The notes: generated from the letters alone by a model not told the origin. Positions 1 to 10,174 are shown, counted from the stretch's first letter. The stretch is 32,000 nucleotides of DNA from Edaphobacter aggregans (GCF_003945235.1 NZ_RSDW01000001.1:2190001-2222000); one strand, 5' to 3'. Translations and numbers: made by a program.

Positions 1-172
1 CGACGGTGTTGAACACAGGCCACCCCTCATGCGTCGTCCCGCCCTTGCCCGGCGTCACACCACCCACAACCTTCGTCCCATACTCCGCGCAGGCCTTCGC
101 ATGAAACGACCCCTCACGCCCCGTAATCCCCTGCACAATCAGCCGCGTATTCTTATCAACCAGAACTGCCAT
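1..172 (-). CDS. sucD: succinate--CoA ligase subunit alpha, N-terminal fragment (continues beyond window start)
   Basis: Manual reverse-strand translation from ATG at 172 gives [57 protein letters not shown], a typical SucD N-terminus. It starts 2 nt after the sucC stop, the canonical sucCD order. Confidence 0.85.
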   Translation of the reverse strand, partial: MAVLVDKNTRLIVQGITGREGSFHAKACAEYGTKVVGGVTPGKGGTTHEGWPVFNTV

Positions 173-174
173 AG

Positions 175-1353
175 CTACTTACCACCTTTCGCGGCGGCCA
201 CTGCAAGATCAGCGGCTTCCTTCATCGTTGCCCCCACCTGAAACTTCAAGCCCGATTCCATAAGAATCTTGCGCCCCTCTTCAACATTCGTGCCCTCTAA
301 CCGCAGAATGATCGGCAACTTCACATCCAGCTTCTTTGCCGCCGCAACAACCGCGGTCGCCAGAACATCCACCCGCAGAATCCCACCAAAAATATTGATA
401 AAGATCGCCTTCACATGCGGATCACTCAACAAAATCCCGAAAGCATTCTCAATCTGCTCCTGATTCGCTCCGCCGCCCACATCCAGAAAGTTCGCCGCCG
501 ACCCACCCGCATACTGGATGATGTCCATCGTCGCCATCGCCAACCCAGCGCCATTGACCATGCAGGCGATATTCCCATCCAGCTTGATGTAGTTCAGCGC
601 AAACTTGCTGGCCTCAACCTCCAGCGGATCTTCCTCCGCCAGATCGCGCAACTCCTTCAAATCCTTATGCCGGAACATCGCGTTGTCGTCAAAATTGATC
701 TTGCAATCCAGCGCCAGCAGCTTGTCATCCTTCGTCGTAATAAACGGATTGATCTCCATCAGCGTCGAATCCGTCTCAACAAACGCCTTGTACAGCCCCA
801 TCATGAACCCGACCGCCTGATTGATCTGCGTCGGCTTCAGACCAAGCTTGAACGCCAGCTTCCGCGCCTGATAAGGCTGAAAGCCAATCGCAGGCTCAAC
901 ATATTCCTTGTAGATCTTCTCCGGCGTCGCATGCGCGACCTCTTCAATCTCCATCCCACCGGCCTGCGAAGCCATAAACACAACCTTCGCCGAAGCCCGA
1001 TCCAGCACTAGCCCCAGATAAAGCTCGCGATCGATCGCCGAGCCCTCTTCCACCAGCAACCGCTGAACCTTCTGCCCCTGCGGTCCGGTCTGATGCGTCA
1101 CCAGTTGCATCCCGAGGATCGCCTTCGATGCCTCAGCCGCGGCCTCCAGCGACTTGACCACCTTCACGCCGCCGCCCTTGCCGCGCCCACCCGCATGGAT
1201 CTGCGCCTTCACCACGACGACAGCATTCCCCGCGTCAAATAACGCCTTGGCAGCCGAATCGGCCTCTTCCAGCGTGCTCGCCATCTCGCCGCCCGGAACC
1301 GGCACGTTGTACTTCCGCAGAATCTCTTTAGCCTGATACTCGTGAATTTTCAT
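175..1353 (-). CDS. sucC: succinate--CoA ligase (ADP-forming) subunit beta
   Basis: The ORF 175..1413 contains [20 protein letters not shown]..., the canonical SucC N-terminus (ATP-grasp). I place the start at the internal ATG at 1353. The 20 codons upstream look like read-through of the ORF caller. Confidence 0.95.
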   Translation of the reverse strand: MKIHEYQAKEILRKYNVPVPGGEMASTLEEADSAAKALFDAGNAVVVVKAQIHAGGRGKGGGVKVVKSLEAAAEASKAILGMQLVTHQTGPQGQKVQRLLVEEGSAIDRELYLGLVLDRASAKVVFMASQAGGMEIEEVAHATPEKIYKEYVEPAIGFQPYQARKLAFKLGLKPTQINQAVGFMMGLYKAFVETDSTLMEINPFITTKDDKLLALDCKINFDDNAMFRHKDLKELRDLAEEDPLEVEASKFALNYIKLDGNIACMVNGAGLAMATMDIIQYAGGSAANFLDVGGGANQEQIENAFGILLSDPHVKAIFINIFGGILRVDVLATAVVAAAKKLDVKLPIILRLEGTNVEEGRKILMESGLKFQVGATMKEAADLAVAAAKGGK

Positions 1354-1468
1354 AGGTTGTCTTCGGAAACTGCCCGCGCGAGAAGTGTAGCGGACGCCCA
1401 CAACTGCCCGCAATCCGAAACGCGCACAATGGTGCGGTTATCGTCCTCGCAACATACCTCTCGACAAC

Positions 1469-2533
1469 CTAGCGCAGCGCCGCCAACCCATTTCCTCCCC
1501 GATACGCCTGTATGGAATGAACATCCACAACTGCCTCTGCCTGCCGAATGCGACGCTCTACAACTTCCGCCTCATCTACACGCCGGATCTCGCGTAGGAA
1601 CTTGGCATACTGTCTCGAAGCTACCAAACTAGACGGATTCCCCACACCAAGCTGCTCGTTCAGGATGTCCATTCCCTCTTCCATATGTCTCCCCCCTTCG
1701 ACCAGATTCCCGGACTTCCAGAACACATAGCCGAGCAGAAAATCACCCATACCATCCTGGAGCAAATTGGCCTTCGCCTCATGGACTGCGTCCTCCAGAG
1801 GAGCAATAGCCGACGCACAATCCTTGCTCATGCAAAGCGCCACTCCCAGGACATACCGCACCGTGATCCTGTCATAGACAGTCGTCCCCGCGTTGGCCCC
1901 GAATTCAGCGATTGCCTTCTCCGCAAAACCTTTTGCCTTAGCGAACTTGTTCTCAGCCAGATAAAGGGTGGCCAGATCACTCCAGCTGCGGGCAATCAGC
2001 AAGGGGTTCCGCAGGTTCTCCCTCAACCGCAGAGCTTCTTCCTCCTCCTTTTCGCTCTGCCGAAACTTTCGCATCACCATATGCAGGGTCCCCAACACAC
2101 CCAGCGTTGTAGCCAGATCACGACTCGACTCAGCACTATGGGCTAACAAGGAGCGTGCTTGCTCCAGATTTATCTCAGCCCGGTCCCACAACTGAGCCTC
2201 ATCAGACAACACGCCAATCGTCAGGTAGAGCCTGCCCAATTCGGCATCCGATGCGTGAGCGTCTTTCGCCTGCTTAATAGCATCCTCATACAGATCGATC
2301 CGATGCAGCAGCTGTCTCTTGGCCGAGACACCATTTCCGTTTTGCATGTCCGCCGGAGAGGTCGCGCCGTGGACAGTGGCATCGCTCTTCTCAGGCATAG
2401 AACTCGGTGCCGAAGCACCAGTCGTATCGCGCAGCCCGTGGCCCATCTCGCTCCCCGCGGGCATCGTTTGACCCGGCGCGCATGGAGACAGCAACAGAGC
2501 AAAAGTAAGGCTGATAAAAAGACGAGGCTTCAT
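1469..2533 (-). CDS. secreted/periplasmic TPR-like repeat protein
   Basis: Start moved to MKPRLFISLTFALLLSPCAPGQ (signal-peptide-like) at ATG 2533, preceded by GGAGG (rc of cctcc at 2540-2544). The body carries repeated helical TPR-like segments, e.g. LATLYLAENKFAKAKGFAEKAIAEF and FLLGYVFWKSGNLVEGGRHMEEG. Confidence 0.65.
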   Translation of the reverse strand: MKPRLFISLTFALLLSPCAPGQTMPAGSEMGHGLRDTTGASAPSSMPEKSDATVHGATSPADMQNGNGVSAKRQLLHRIDLYEDAIKQAKDAHASDAELGRLYLTIGVLSDEAQLWDRAEINLEQARSLLAHSAESSRDLATTLGVLGTLHMVMRKFRQSEKEEEEALRLRENLRNPLLIARSWSDLATLYLAENKFAKAKGFAEKAIAEFGANAGTTVYDRITVRYVLGVALCMSKDCASAIAPLEDAVHEAKANLLQDGMGDFLLGYVFWKSGNLVEGGRHMEEGMDILNEQLGVGNPSSLVASRQYAKFLREIRRVDEAEVVERRIRQAEAVVDVHSIQAYRGGNGLAALR

Positions 2534-3041
2534 CACAACCTCCCGTATTTCTCGTTGGAGCGCGCAACGGAGAGAGCGCGCTGAAGACAAGGATTCCCTT
2601 GCACGTTCTCCAGCGTGATGACTCGTCACACCCGCGAGAACGCGCCTATCGGACAACACCAAAAGCGCCACATCAAGTCACGTCGATGGGAGCGCCACCG
2701 GAGCGCCTCCCATTCATTGCGTCCTGCGAAACAATCCTTCAGCAGAACTGTTCCTGCAAAATTCACCAGCACTGGACCTATGCCTTGCGGCGTTCCATTT
2801 GCCGATTAGACAAGTGGCCATCTATCTGGTTAGGTACGAAACACTAAAACTCTGTGCTCCGACGACAACATTTTGCATCGTCATTTCACGGCATACGGCA
2901 GCAGCGCAGCAGTGGTTCACTCTTTGTGACGAATGACTGACGAAGCCCCAAAATTCACATTGCAGAAGGTGAAAAACTTATTAATTGACTTGCCTTCTGA
3001 GCAATGGGACGATGGCAGCTTGATGAACTCCCGAGGACCTG

Positions 3042-3797
3042 ATGAGTCGTCTTGCTCCCTGTTGTCTAGCGGTTTTGCTCCTTACAGTAGTTCCCGCCGC
3101 GCCCGCGCAGGATACCCCCGCGCCCATCCATGCACCGATGCGCGTCTCAGCCGGCGTCATAGCCGGGCTACTTGAAACGAAAGTCGCTCCAATCTATCCA
3201 CCCGAGGCCAAAGCCGCCAATGTCCAGGGTGCAGTCGTTATGCACGCCATCATCGGGAAAACCGGCCTCGTAGAAGAGCTCGTCGTCATAAGCGGACCCG
3301 AGATGCTGCGGTCTTCAGCGCTTGATGCTGTCCGACAGTGGACATACAAGCCGTATCGACTGAACGGCAATCCGGTAGAAGTGGACACGATAATCACCGT
3401 CAACTATTCCTTGAACCAATCGGAACCCCCGGACGGCGTTCACGGTGGTGTGATGGGCGGAATATCCACCGGAACACCTCCGCTCGCTCCCGCGTCATCA
3501 CCGCCGAGCCGCATCAGGGTATCTTCCGGCGTGATGGCTGGCTTGATCGACACCAAAACAACCCCCGTATACCCAAAGGACGCAAAGGAAGCCCACATTA
3601 CAGGAGCCGTCGTCCTGAGTGGCGTCGTCGACACGCACGGCAAAGTGACCGAGCTAAACGTCCTCTCCGGGCCAGAGCCATTGCGCCAGTCCGCAATCGA
3701 TGCGGTGTCGCAATGGACATACAAGCCATATCTGCTCAATGGCAAGCCCGTCGAAGTCCTGACCACCATGACCGTACACTTCATGCTCATCGATTAG
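3042..3797 (+). CDS. secreted protein with two tandem TonB C-terminal (TonB_C) domains
   Basis: Signal peptide MSRLAPCCLAVLLLTVVPAAPAQD with GAGGA upstream. Two copies of the TonB_C signature are present (..PIYPPEAKAANVQGAVVMHAIIGKTGLVEELVVISGPEMLRSSALDAVRQWTYKPYRLNGNPVEV..). There is no N-terminal TM anchor and no long Pro-rich rod. Confidence 0.8.
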   Translation: MSRLAPCCLAVLLLTVVPAAPAQDTPAPIHAPMRVSAGVIAGLLETKVAPIYPPEAKAANVQGAVVMHAIIGKTGLVEELVVISGPEMLRSSALDAVRQWTYKPYRLNGNPVEVDTIITVNYSLNQSEPPDGVHGGVMGGISTGTPPLAPASSPPSRIRVSSGVMAGLIDTKTTPVYPKDAKEAHITGAVVLSGVVDTHGKVTELNVLSGPEPLRQSAIDAVSQWTYKPYLLNGKPVEVLTTMTVHFMLID

Positions 3798-3808
3798 CGG
3801 AGGCGACG

Positions 3809-4468
3809 ATGTATCGTCTTGGGGCCTATTGCTTTGCGATTCTATTGTTCGTCGCAGTGCCGCGCGTGCAGGCGCAGGCACCGAAGAAGGTCTGGTCCGG
3901 CGTGATGGCCGAGCAGTCTGTAACGAAGGTCGCCCCCATCTACCCGCCCGAAGCCAAAATTGCCGGAGTCCAGGGAACCGTGGTGATGCACGCCGTCATC
4001 GGAAAAACCGGTACCATCGAGAGCCTTGATGTTCTAAGCGGACCCGACGCGCTGCGGTCTTCAGCCCTTGATGCGGTACGGCAGTGGACGTATAAACCGT
4101 ATCTGCTGAATGGCAATCCGGTGGCAGTGGACACGACGATTACAATCCACTATTCGTGGAACAGGCCCGCACCTGAAGAACGCATCAGGGTATCATCTGG
4201 CGTTATGTCTGGATTGGCCAAGACGCAGAAGATCCCAGAATATCCAGAGGCGTCAATAGCAGCTCACGAAGTCGGAGCGGTCGTGTTGCGTGCCGTCATC
4301 GACAGGAGCGGCAAAGTGATCCAGCTGGACCGGATGTCTGGGCCGAAGATACTCAGTCAGGCCGTAATGGATGCGGTGTGGCAGTGGACCTATAGGCCGT
4401 ATCTGATAAACGGCGAACCAGTCGAAGTAGAAACACAAATAACCATAAACTTCTCGCACGGGGAATAG
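3809..4468 (+). CDS. secreted protein with two tandem TonB_C domains (paralog of 3042..3797)
   Basis: In-frame ATG at 3809 (MYRLGAYCFAILLFVAVPRVQAQAP, signal peptide) with GGAGG at about 3799-3803. It has the same 2x TonB_C architecture. The upstream part of ORF 3338..4468 overlaps the previous gene in another frame and is rejected. Confidence 0.8.
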   Translation: MYRLGAYCFAILLFVAVPRVQAQAPKKVWSGVMAEQSVTKVAPIYPPEAKIAGVQGTVVMHAVIGKTGTIESLDVLSGPDALRSSALDAVRQWTYKPYLLNGNPVAVDTTITIHYSWNRPAPEERIRVSSGVMSGLAKTQKIPEYPEASIAAHEVGAVVLRAVIDRSGKVIQLDRMSGPKILSQAVMDAVWQWTYRPYLINGEPVEVETQITINFSHGE

Positions 4469-4500
4469 TGTGTAGCAGCTCACCTGCTACCCTTAAAGGA

Positions 4501-5535
4501 ATGCCCCTCCAGCCCCATCTCAAACACCTCATCGAAGGCCGCGCCACGCTCTCCCGCGAAGACGCCCGCGACCTCATGCAGCAGATCCTCTCCGGCCAGC
4601 TCACCGACATCGAAATCGCCGCTCTCCTCGGAGCCCTCGCCGCCCGCGGTGAAACCCCCGCTGAAATCGCCGGCTTCGTCGAAACCATGCGCGCCGCCGC
4701 CACTACCTTCCCCCTCGAACCCTCCGAGCGCGAGCTCCTCGTCGACACCTGCGGCACCGGCGGCGATGCCTCCCGCACCTTCAACATCTCCACCGCCGCC
4801 GCCCTCGTCGCCGCAGCCGCCGGAGCCACCGTAGCCAAGCACGGCAACCGCGCCATCACATCGCAAACCGGCTCTGCAGACGTCCTCGAAGCCCTCGGCA
4901 TCCCCGTCGGCCTCTCGCCCGTCGAAGCCACCGCCGCCCTCCGAGCGCATCGCTTCGCCTTCCTCCACGCCCCCAGCCTCCACCCGGCGATGAAGGCCGT
5001 CATGCCCGTCCGCCGCGCCCTCGGAGTCCGCACCGTCTTCAACCTCCTCGGCCCCCTCACCAATCCCGCCGGAGCACCCGCGCAGGTCATGGGCGTCTAC
5101 GCCCCGCACCTCGTCCCCCTCGTCGCCGAAGCCATGGCCCAGCTCGGTACCCGCCATGCCTTCGTCGTCCACGGCACAGCCGCCACACCCAATGGCCCCG
5201 GTCTCGACGAAATCTCCATCTTCGGCCCCACCCACATCGCCGAAGTCCACAACGGCATCGTCACCCTCTCCACCATCGCGCCCGAGGACGCTGGCCTCAC
5301 CCGAGCCCCCGCCGAATCCCTCATCGGAGGCGACGCCCAGACCAATGCCGCCATCCTCTCCGCCATCTTCTCCGGCGAGCCCGGCCCTCGCCGCGACGTC
5401 GTCCTCCTCAACGCCGCCGCCGTCCTCGTCGCTGCAGACCTGGCCCCAGATCTCCGCACTGGCGTAGCCCTCGCCGCGCGCACAATTGATACCGGAACAG
5501 TTACAATTCTTCTCACGAACCTCCGCGCTCAATAA
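4501..5535 (+). CDS. trpD: anthranilate phosphoribosyltransferase
   Basis: [26 protein letters not shown]..., the DTCGTGGD motif and [21 protein letters not shown] are diagnostic TrpD motifs. Start chosen at ATG 4501 (MPLQPHL) after AAAGGA. GTG at 4468 is the alternative. Confidence 0.93.
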   Translation: MPLQPHLKHLIEGRATLSREDARDLMQQILSGQLTDIEIAALLGALAARGETPAEIAGFVETMRAAATTFPLEPSERELLVDTCGTGGDASRTFNISTAAALVAAAAGATVAKHGNRAITSQTGSADVLEALGIPVGLSPVEATAALRAHRFAFLHAPSLHPAMKAVMPVRRALGVRTVFNLLGPLTNPAGAPAQVMGVYAPHLVPLVAEAMAQLGTRHAFVVHGTAATPNGPGLDEISIFGPTHIAEVHNGIVTLSTIAPEDAGLTRAPAESLIGGDAQTNAAILSAIFSGEPGPRRDVVLLNAAAVLVAADLAPDLRTGVALAARTIDTGTVTILLTNLRAQ

Positions 5536-5596
5536 AAACCCGCCAAAATCGGACGTCGGAGTACAATTCCCCGATAGCAATCAGGAGAAATCATCT

Positions 5597-5956
5597 ATGT
5601 CCTCCTACCCCCCGGCACCCGCGGTCTTCGACGCCACCATGGTCACCACCGCGCTCGAGCTGCCCGGCTACCGTGTCGTCCGCAGCCTTGGAGTCGTCCG
5701 AGGCATTGTCGTCCGCTCCCGTTCCATCTTCGGAACTCTCGGCGCGGGCCTGCAGACCATCGTCGGAGGCAACATCACCATCCTCTCCCAACTCTGCGAA
5801 AAGACCCGCCAGGACGCCTTCGCCATCATGATGCAGCATGCCGCCGAACACGGTGCCAACGCCATCATCGCCGTCCAGTACGACGCCAACGACCTCATGC
5901 AGGGCGTCACCGAGGTCCTCGCCTACGGCACCGCCGTCGTAGTCGAGCGCATCTAG
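5597..5956 (+). CDS. YbjQ/UPF0145 family protein (putative heavy-metal-binding domain)
   Basis: ATG 5597 after AGGAG (5583-5587). The sequence [37 protein letters not shown]...[10 protein letters not shown] matches the YbjQ family pattern. Confidence 0.85.
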   Translation: MSSYPPAPAVFDATMVTTALELPGYRVVRSLGVVRGIVVRSRSIFGTLGAGLQTIVGGNITILSQLCEKTRQDAFAIMMQHAAEHGANAIIAVQYDANDLMQGVTEVLAYGTAVVVERI

Positions 5957-5990
5957 CCCTGTAACCCGCACCAGGAATTCCGCACCATCC

Positions 5991-8519
5991 TTACTCCGTC
6001 CTCAGCGCCTGCACAGGATCAGTCGAAGCCGCTCGCCGTGCCGGAATCATTCCGGCAATACCCGTCGCCACCGCCAGCGTCACCATCGCAAGAATCATCA
6101 CAGTAGGATTCGCCCTCGTCACCTCATAAAGCTGCGCCCTAACATAGCGCACCCCCAACAGCACTGCCGGAATCCCGATCACGAGCCCAACTCCCGCCTG
6201 AGCAACCGCTCCGCGCATGATCATCGCAATCACGCCCGCACGGTCCGCACCCAGCGCCATCCGGATACCAATTTCCGAAGTCCGCCGCACCACCGTATAC
6301 GCAGTCACGCCGTAGATTCCAATCGTCGCCAGCAACAGCGCCAGCCCCCCAAATAACATCGTCAACCGCGACAGCATCCGCTCCTCGTTGAACTGATCGG
6401 CGATCTGCTGCTCGAACGTCTGAAACTTCACAATCGTCAAATTCGGATTGATCCCCGCCAGCGTCCTCCGCGCCAGCGTCTCCATCTCGCTCATCGGCCG
6501 GTCCGTCTCCACCACAATCGCCCCGGCATACAGATTCAGATCATCCTCGATCGGCTCGCGCGTATTCACCGGCCGCTGCATCATGGGGACAAAGACCATC
6601 AGATGATTCTTCCATCGCACGCTCTGATAGATCGTATCTTCTACCACCCCCACAATCTCAAAATTGCCCGGCGAATCCGAACTGCCAATACGGCTCCCAA
6701 GAGGATTGCGCGACCCAAAAAACTTCTTCACAAACGTCTGATTCACCACTGCAACCGGCGGAGCCGTCGACGTATCCTGCACGCCGATCCCGCGCCCCAT
6801 CACCACACGCGTCCCCACCGAGTCGAAGTAGTCCGCATTCGCCTTCACAAACGAAGCCACCAGCGTCAGATTCGGCTGACCCTGCACCTGCCATCCAAGG
6901 CCGTTGTTGTTGTCCTCCATCGGCGTATACGACGAGATCCCAACCTTCACTACCCCCGGCAGCGCATGGAACCGCTCCTCCATCGTCCGGTAGAGCGCCT
7001 CCAACTGCGTCTGCGAGTACCCCGCCGCCTGCGGATTGATGTGCACAATGTATCGATTCCTCGCATCCAGCTTCATGTCCGTGTTCTCAAGCTTGTTCAG
7101 ACTCTGCGCAAACAGCCCCGCTCCCACCAGCAGCACAAACGACAGCGCCGCCTGCAGTACCACCAGCCCCTTCTGCAGCCGCGAACTTCCCGCCGATGTC
7201 GTCCTCACACTGCTCCGCAGAGCATCTGCCGGCTCGGCTCTCGACGCAATCCACGCCGGAGCCACGCCAAACACAATCCCCGTCAACAGCGACAGCCCAA
7301 TCGCAAACCACACCACCACGCCCGAAGGACTAGCCCCAATCGGCACATTCCCCTCCCCCGGAAACGCCAGCCCAAGCAACATCCGCGTCCCGCCATACGC
7401 CACAGCAAGCCCCAGCAAGCCACCCATGGCCGCCAGCAACACACTCTCCGTCAGCAACTGTCGCACGATCCTGCTCCGCGCCGCCCCCAGCGCCGTCCTC
7501 AACGACATCTCCATCTTCCGCGCCATCCCCCTCACCAGCAGAAGATTCGCAATATTCGCGCACGCCACCAGCAGCACCAGCCCCGCGATCCACGTCAACA
7601 GACGCAGATGAGCCCCATAATCCTCCTGCATACGCTGAATCCCCTCCCCACCCGGCGTCAGCGTCACATGCGCCCGATTCAGCGCCTCCTTGCCCTTGCT
7701 GCCCGAGAAGTTTTCCGTCGTCGCAAACGCCTCTCTGAGCACTGCGCTCAACTTATCCTGCAGCGGAGCCAGCCCCACCCCCGGCTTTACCCGCCCCACA
7801 ATGTAAATCCAGTCCTCCTCCGGATTGTGCACATACCGCACATTCATCAGCGCCGGCATCGTCTCAATCGGCAGATAGAAATCCGGCGGCGTAGTCATCA
7901 GCCGATCGCCGTAAAATCCCTGTGGCGCAATTCCCACCACCGTCACCGGCTTCGTATTCACCCAGAACGTGCTCCCCACCACCGAAGCATCGCCCGCGAA
8001 GTCGCGCTGCCACGTCCTGTAACTCATCACCGCCGTCATCGGCGCGCCCTTCACATCATCGGTGTCTGTAAACAACCGTCCCTTCTGCGGCTGCAGCCCA
8101 AATGTCCGGAAGTAGTTTCCCGAGACATACTCGCCCATCACCGACTGTGCCATCGCCCCGTCAGCATCACGCCTCACCGTCACCGGCCGGTATCCAAAAC
8201 CCGCCTGGATCGCTGCCAGCTCCTCAAACTCCGGAGCACCCTGCTTCATCCGCTCATAAACATCCATCGAAAACAGCGAATAATCGCCGCTGTCCGTCGT
8301 GCCGCTAAAGACGCAGCAATCGTTCTTATCGCCCACCCTCACCAGCGTCGCAGGATCGGCAACCGGCAGACTCTTCAGCAACACCGCATGCACCAGCGTA
8401 AAGATCGCCGCGTTGGCCCCAATCCCCAGCGCCAGAGTCAGCAGCACCGTTACCGTAAATGCAGGCGTCTTCCGCAGCTGCCTCAGTGCATAGCGAACGT
8501 CCTGGATAAGCGTCGTCAT
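5991..8519 (-). CDS. ADOP-family duplicated FtsX/MacB-like ABC transporter permease (orphan, no adjacent ATPase)
   Basis: 842 aa. The N-terminus DVRYALRQLRKTPAFTVTVLLTLALGIGANAAIFTLV is characteristic of acidobacterial duplicated orphan permeases. Two FtsX-type 4-TM bundles are each preceded by a large periplasmic domain. GAGGAGA RBS upstream. Confidence 0.9.
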   Translation of the reverse strand: MTTLIQDVRYALRQLRKTPAFTVTVLLTLALGIGANAAIFTLVHAVLLKSLPVADPATLVRVGDKNDCCVFSGTTDSGDYSLFSMDVYERMKQGAPEFEELAAIQAGFGYRPVTVRRDADGAMAQSVMGEYVSGNYFRTFGLQPQKGRLFTDTDDVKGAPMTAVMSYRTWQRDFAGDASVVGSTFWVNTKPVTVVGIAPQGFYGDRLMTTPPDFYLPIETMPALMNVRYVHNPEEDWIYIVGRVKPGVGLAPLQDKLSAVLREAFATTENFSGSKGKEALNRAHVTLTPGGEGIQRMQEDYGAHLRLLTWIAGLVLLVACANIANLLLVRGMARKMEMSLRTALGAARSRIVRQLLTESVLLAAMGGLLGLAVAYGGTRMLLGLAFPGEGNVPIGASPSGVVVWFAIGLSLLTGIVFGVAPAWIASRAEPADALRSSVRTTSAGSSRLQKGLVVLQAALSFVLLVGAGLFAQSLNKLENTDMKLDARNRYIVHINPQAAGYSQTQLEALYRTMEERFHALPGVVKVGISSYTPMEDNNNGLGWQVQGQPNLTLVASFVKANADYFDSVGTRVVMGRGIGVQDTSTAPPVAVVNQTFVKKFFGSRNPLGSRIGSSDSPGNFEIVGVVEDTIYQSVRWKNHLMVFVPMMQRPVNTREPIEDDLNLYAGAIVVETDRPMSEMETLARRTLAGINPNLTIVKFQTFEQQIADQFNEERMLSRLTMLFGGLALLLATIGIYGVTAYTVVRRTSEIGIRMALGADRAGVIAMIMRGAVAQAGVGLVIGIPAVLLGVRYVRAQLYEVTRANPTVMILAMVTLAVATGIAGMIPARRAASTDPVQALRTE

Positions 8520-8719
8520 CGTCGATTCTCCTCGGAGCAGCAGATATAAGGGGATCCCACAAATAAAGCTGCACGCGATTCTCCAAACTCCAAAGCCCTT
8601 ACCGCATGACTTATCTGCAACTTACAAAATCACCCGCCCGCCCCGAGTGTTCATTCCCAATCTTCACCGTCCAAACGCGGACACTCCATTTATATTTGTC
8701 TCAGTTCACGGAGACACCC

Positions 8720-9133
8720 ATGGCAAGAGTCACCGGCATAGGCGGAATCTTCCTCCGCGCAAAAGACCCCAAAGCCCTCACCGCCTGGTACGCCAAACAC
8801 CTCGGCATCGCCCTCAGCGACTACGGCGGAGCCACCTTCCTCTGGACCGACGAGGTCCCCGCCACCACCGGCATGACCACCTGGTCCGTCTTCCCCGACA
8901 ACACCACCTACTTCGGCCCCGGCAACGAGCGCGGCCCCCAACAAGCCATGGTCAACTACCGCGTAGACGACCTCGACGCTCTTCTCACCCAACTAGCCGC
9001 CGCCAACGTCACCATCGACCCCAAACGTGAAGACGCCGACTACGGCCGCTTCGCCTGGATCACCGACCCCGAAGGCAACCGCATCGAACTCTGGCAACCC
9101 CTCGTCACCCCGCCAGAAGACCCGTCCGCATAG
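8720..9133 (+). CDS. VOC (glyoxalase/bleomycin-resistance/dioxygenase) family protein
   Basis: ATG 8720 after GGAGA. MARVTGIGGIFLRAKDPKALTAWYAKHLGI... and ...RFAWITDPEGNRIELWQP are typical VOC beta-alpha-beta-beta-beta module ends. Confidence 0.75.
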   Translation: MARVTGIGGIFLRAKDPKALTAWYAKHLGIALSDYGGATFLWTDEVPATTGMTTWSVFPDNTTYFGPGNERGPQQAMVNYRVDDLDALLTQLAAANVTIDPKREDADYGRFAWITDPEGNRIELWQPLVTPPEDPSA

Positions 9134-9138
9134 CGCAG

Positions 9139-9846
9139 CTAGCTTAGCTCCTGAAGTATCGCGTCCAACGCCGCAATCTGACCTTGATACTGCCGTCGTT
9201 TCCAAAACAAAACCAAAGTCAGGCACACAAAAATCAACTGGACAGATATCCCAACGATAGGATTCACGCGAATCCCAACCCTTTCACCCAGAAGCACGCT
9301 TGTGTTCAAAAGAATCAGCGGAATAAAAGACCCCATCAACAAGTCGCGACTGCATAAGTACTCCAGCTCCGCCTTGTAATAAAGCGCCCAGGCCACAGCA
9401 TCATCGTCGCTTGGAGGGACCAGCGCCAGCAGCCGTCGCCTTACATTCCTCGCCATAAAGATCTCTAGGTAGATTGCGGTCAAAACCACCACCCCGCACC
9501 AAATGCGCTGCTGCACGTTGCGAGCGTCCAAAAAACTCAGCGTGTAATAGATCTCAAGACTTATAAAGGCCGTCGCCAGGATACGTCCACTAGCGAACCC
9601 TCCATTGCGAAGCGACTCCGAAAACTGCCTCGCCTTCGCAGCGGCCTCCCTCAGTGAACCTACCGTAGCCTCCCGGCGATCCAACAACACGCGCATGCTG
9701 CCCACCGCCCACCACAACGCAGACCAGTCGCTCTCAATGAACTCAACCTCGCGCGCCAAACCCTCAGCCCACTCCTTACAGCCAGCTGAAGCGTAATGCA
9801 CGACGACGCCCGATATCCTCATCGCCACTCTGCGCATAAGAGTCAT
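9139..9846 (-). CDS. hypothetical polytopic membrane protein, translationally coupled to PadR
   Basis: 235-aa ORF whose ATG overlaps the PadR stop (TGATG, 9844-9848). It has several hydrophobic segments (ILATAFISLEIYYTL, CGVVVLTAIYLEIF, FIPLILLNTSVLL, ISVQLIFVCLTLVLFW). I recognise no family. Confidence 0.6.
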   Translation of the reverse strand: MTLMRRVAMRISGVVVHYASAGCKEWAEGLAREVEFIESDWSALWWAVGSMRVLLDRREATVGSLREAAAKARQFSESLRNGGFASGRILATAFISLEIYYTLSFLDARNVQQRIWCGVVVLTAIYLEIFMARNVRRRLLALVPPSDDDAVAWALYYKAELEYLCSRDLLMGSFIPLILLNTSVLLGERVGIRVNPIVGISVQLIFVCLTLVLFWKRRQYQGQIAALDAILQELS

Positions 9847-10148
9847 CAGCCCGTCACCCCGCCAAACACTGATTCCCCAATCGCCTCTACAGAACTCGCG
9901 CGCACCTGCTCCCGCGCATACCGCAACCCATCACGAGTCAGCTTATAAAGATGCCGCGGTGGACGACCTGCCTCTACCGTCTCCCAACTCGTCTCCAGCA
10001 GCCGATGCTCCGCCAACCGCATCAGGATCGGATACAACGTTCCCGATCTCAAACCCGTATTCTGGCTGATGTCATACCCGTACCTCCACGCAGTCTCGCA
10101 CTGCAGAAATTCAGCGAGCACGCGCGTTGTTTGAGAAGAGCGGCGCAT
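9846..10148 (-). CDS. PadR family transcriptional regulator
   Basis: WRYGYDISQNTGLRSGTLYPILMRLAEHRLLETSWE...GRPPRHLYKLTRDG is the PadR winged-helix signature. Confidence 0.9.
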   Translation of the reverse strand: MRRSSQTTRVLAEFLQCETAWRYGYDISQNTGLRSGTLYPILMRLAEHRLLETSWETVEAGRPPRHLYKLTRDGLRYAREQVRASSVEAIGESVFGGVTG

Positions 10149-10166
10149 CTTTATCGGAATAAATCT

Positions 10167-10174
10167 ACATATGT
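10167..10174. promoter_or_regulatory. candidate PadR operator half-sites (ACATATGT palindrome)
   Basis: Perfect 8-bp palindrome ACATATGT, 19-26 nt upstream of the PadR start in the divergent intergenic region. PadR-family operators are typically ATGT/ACAT inverted repeats. Assignment is by position only. Confidence 0.3.

Noticed and set aside
1354-1413. 20-codon N-terminal extension of sucC ([20 protein letters not shown])
   Set aside because: SucC proteins begin at [16 protein letters not shown]. The extension is an artefact of the longest-ORF rule.
3338-3808. Upstream extension of the second TonB_C gene, giving a 376-aa ORF that overlaps the first gene
   Set aside because: The extension is an Arg-rich out-of-frame read-through of gene 1. 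ATG 3809 has an RBS and a signal peptide and gives a protein colinear with its paralog.
4501-5535. trpD sitting alone, away from other trp genes, as a possible sign of a specialised pathway
   Set aside because: Dispersed trp genes are common in many phyla. The protein has all canonical motifs and nothing in the flanks suggests secondary metabolism.
4480-5580. 366-aa ORF on the minus strand, antisense to trpD (Gly/Glu/Asp/Ala-rich)
   Set aside because: A typical high-GC shadow ORF. It has low-complexity composition and no start context, and is fully overlapped by a gene with unambiguous TrpD motifs.
6603-8549. 648-aa ORF on the plus strand across the ADOP permease locus (Arg/His/Pro/Gln-rich)
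   Set aside because: An antisense shadow of a confidently identified 842-aa permease. The composition is implausible for a real protein.
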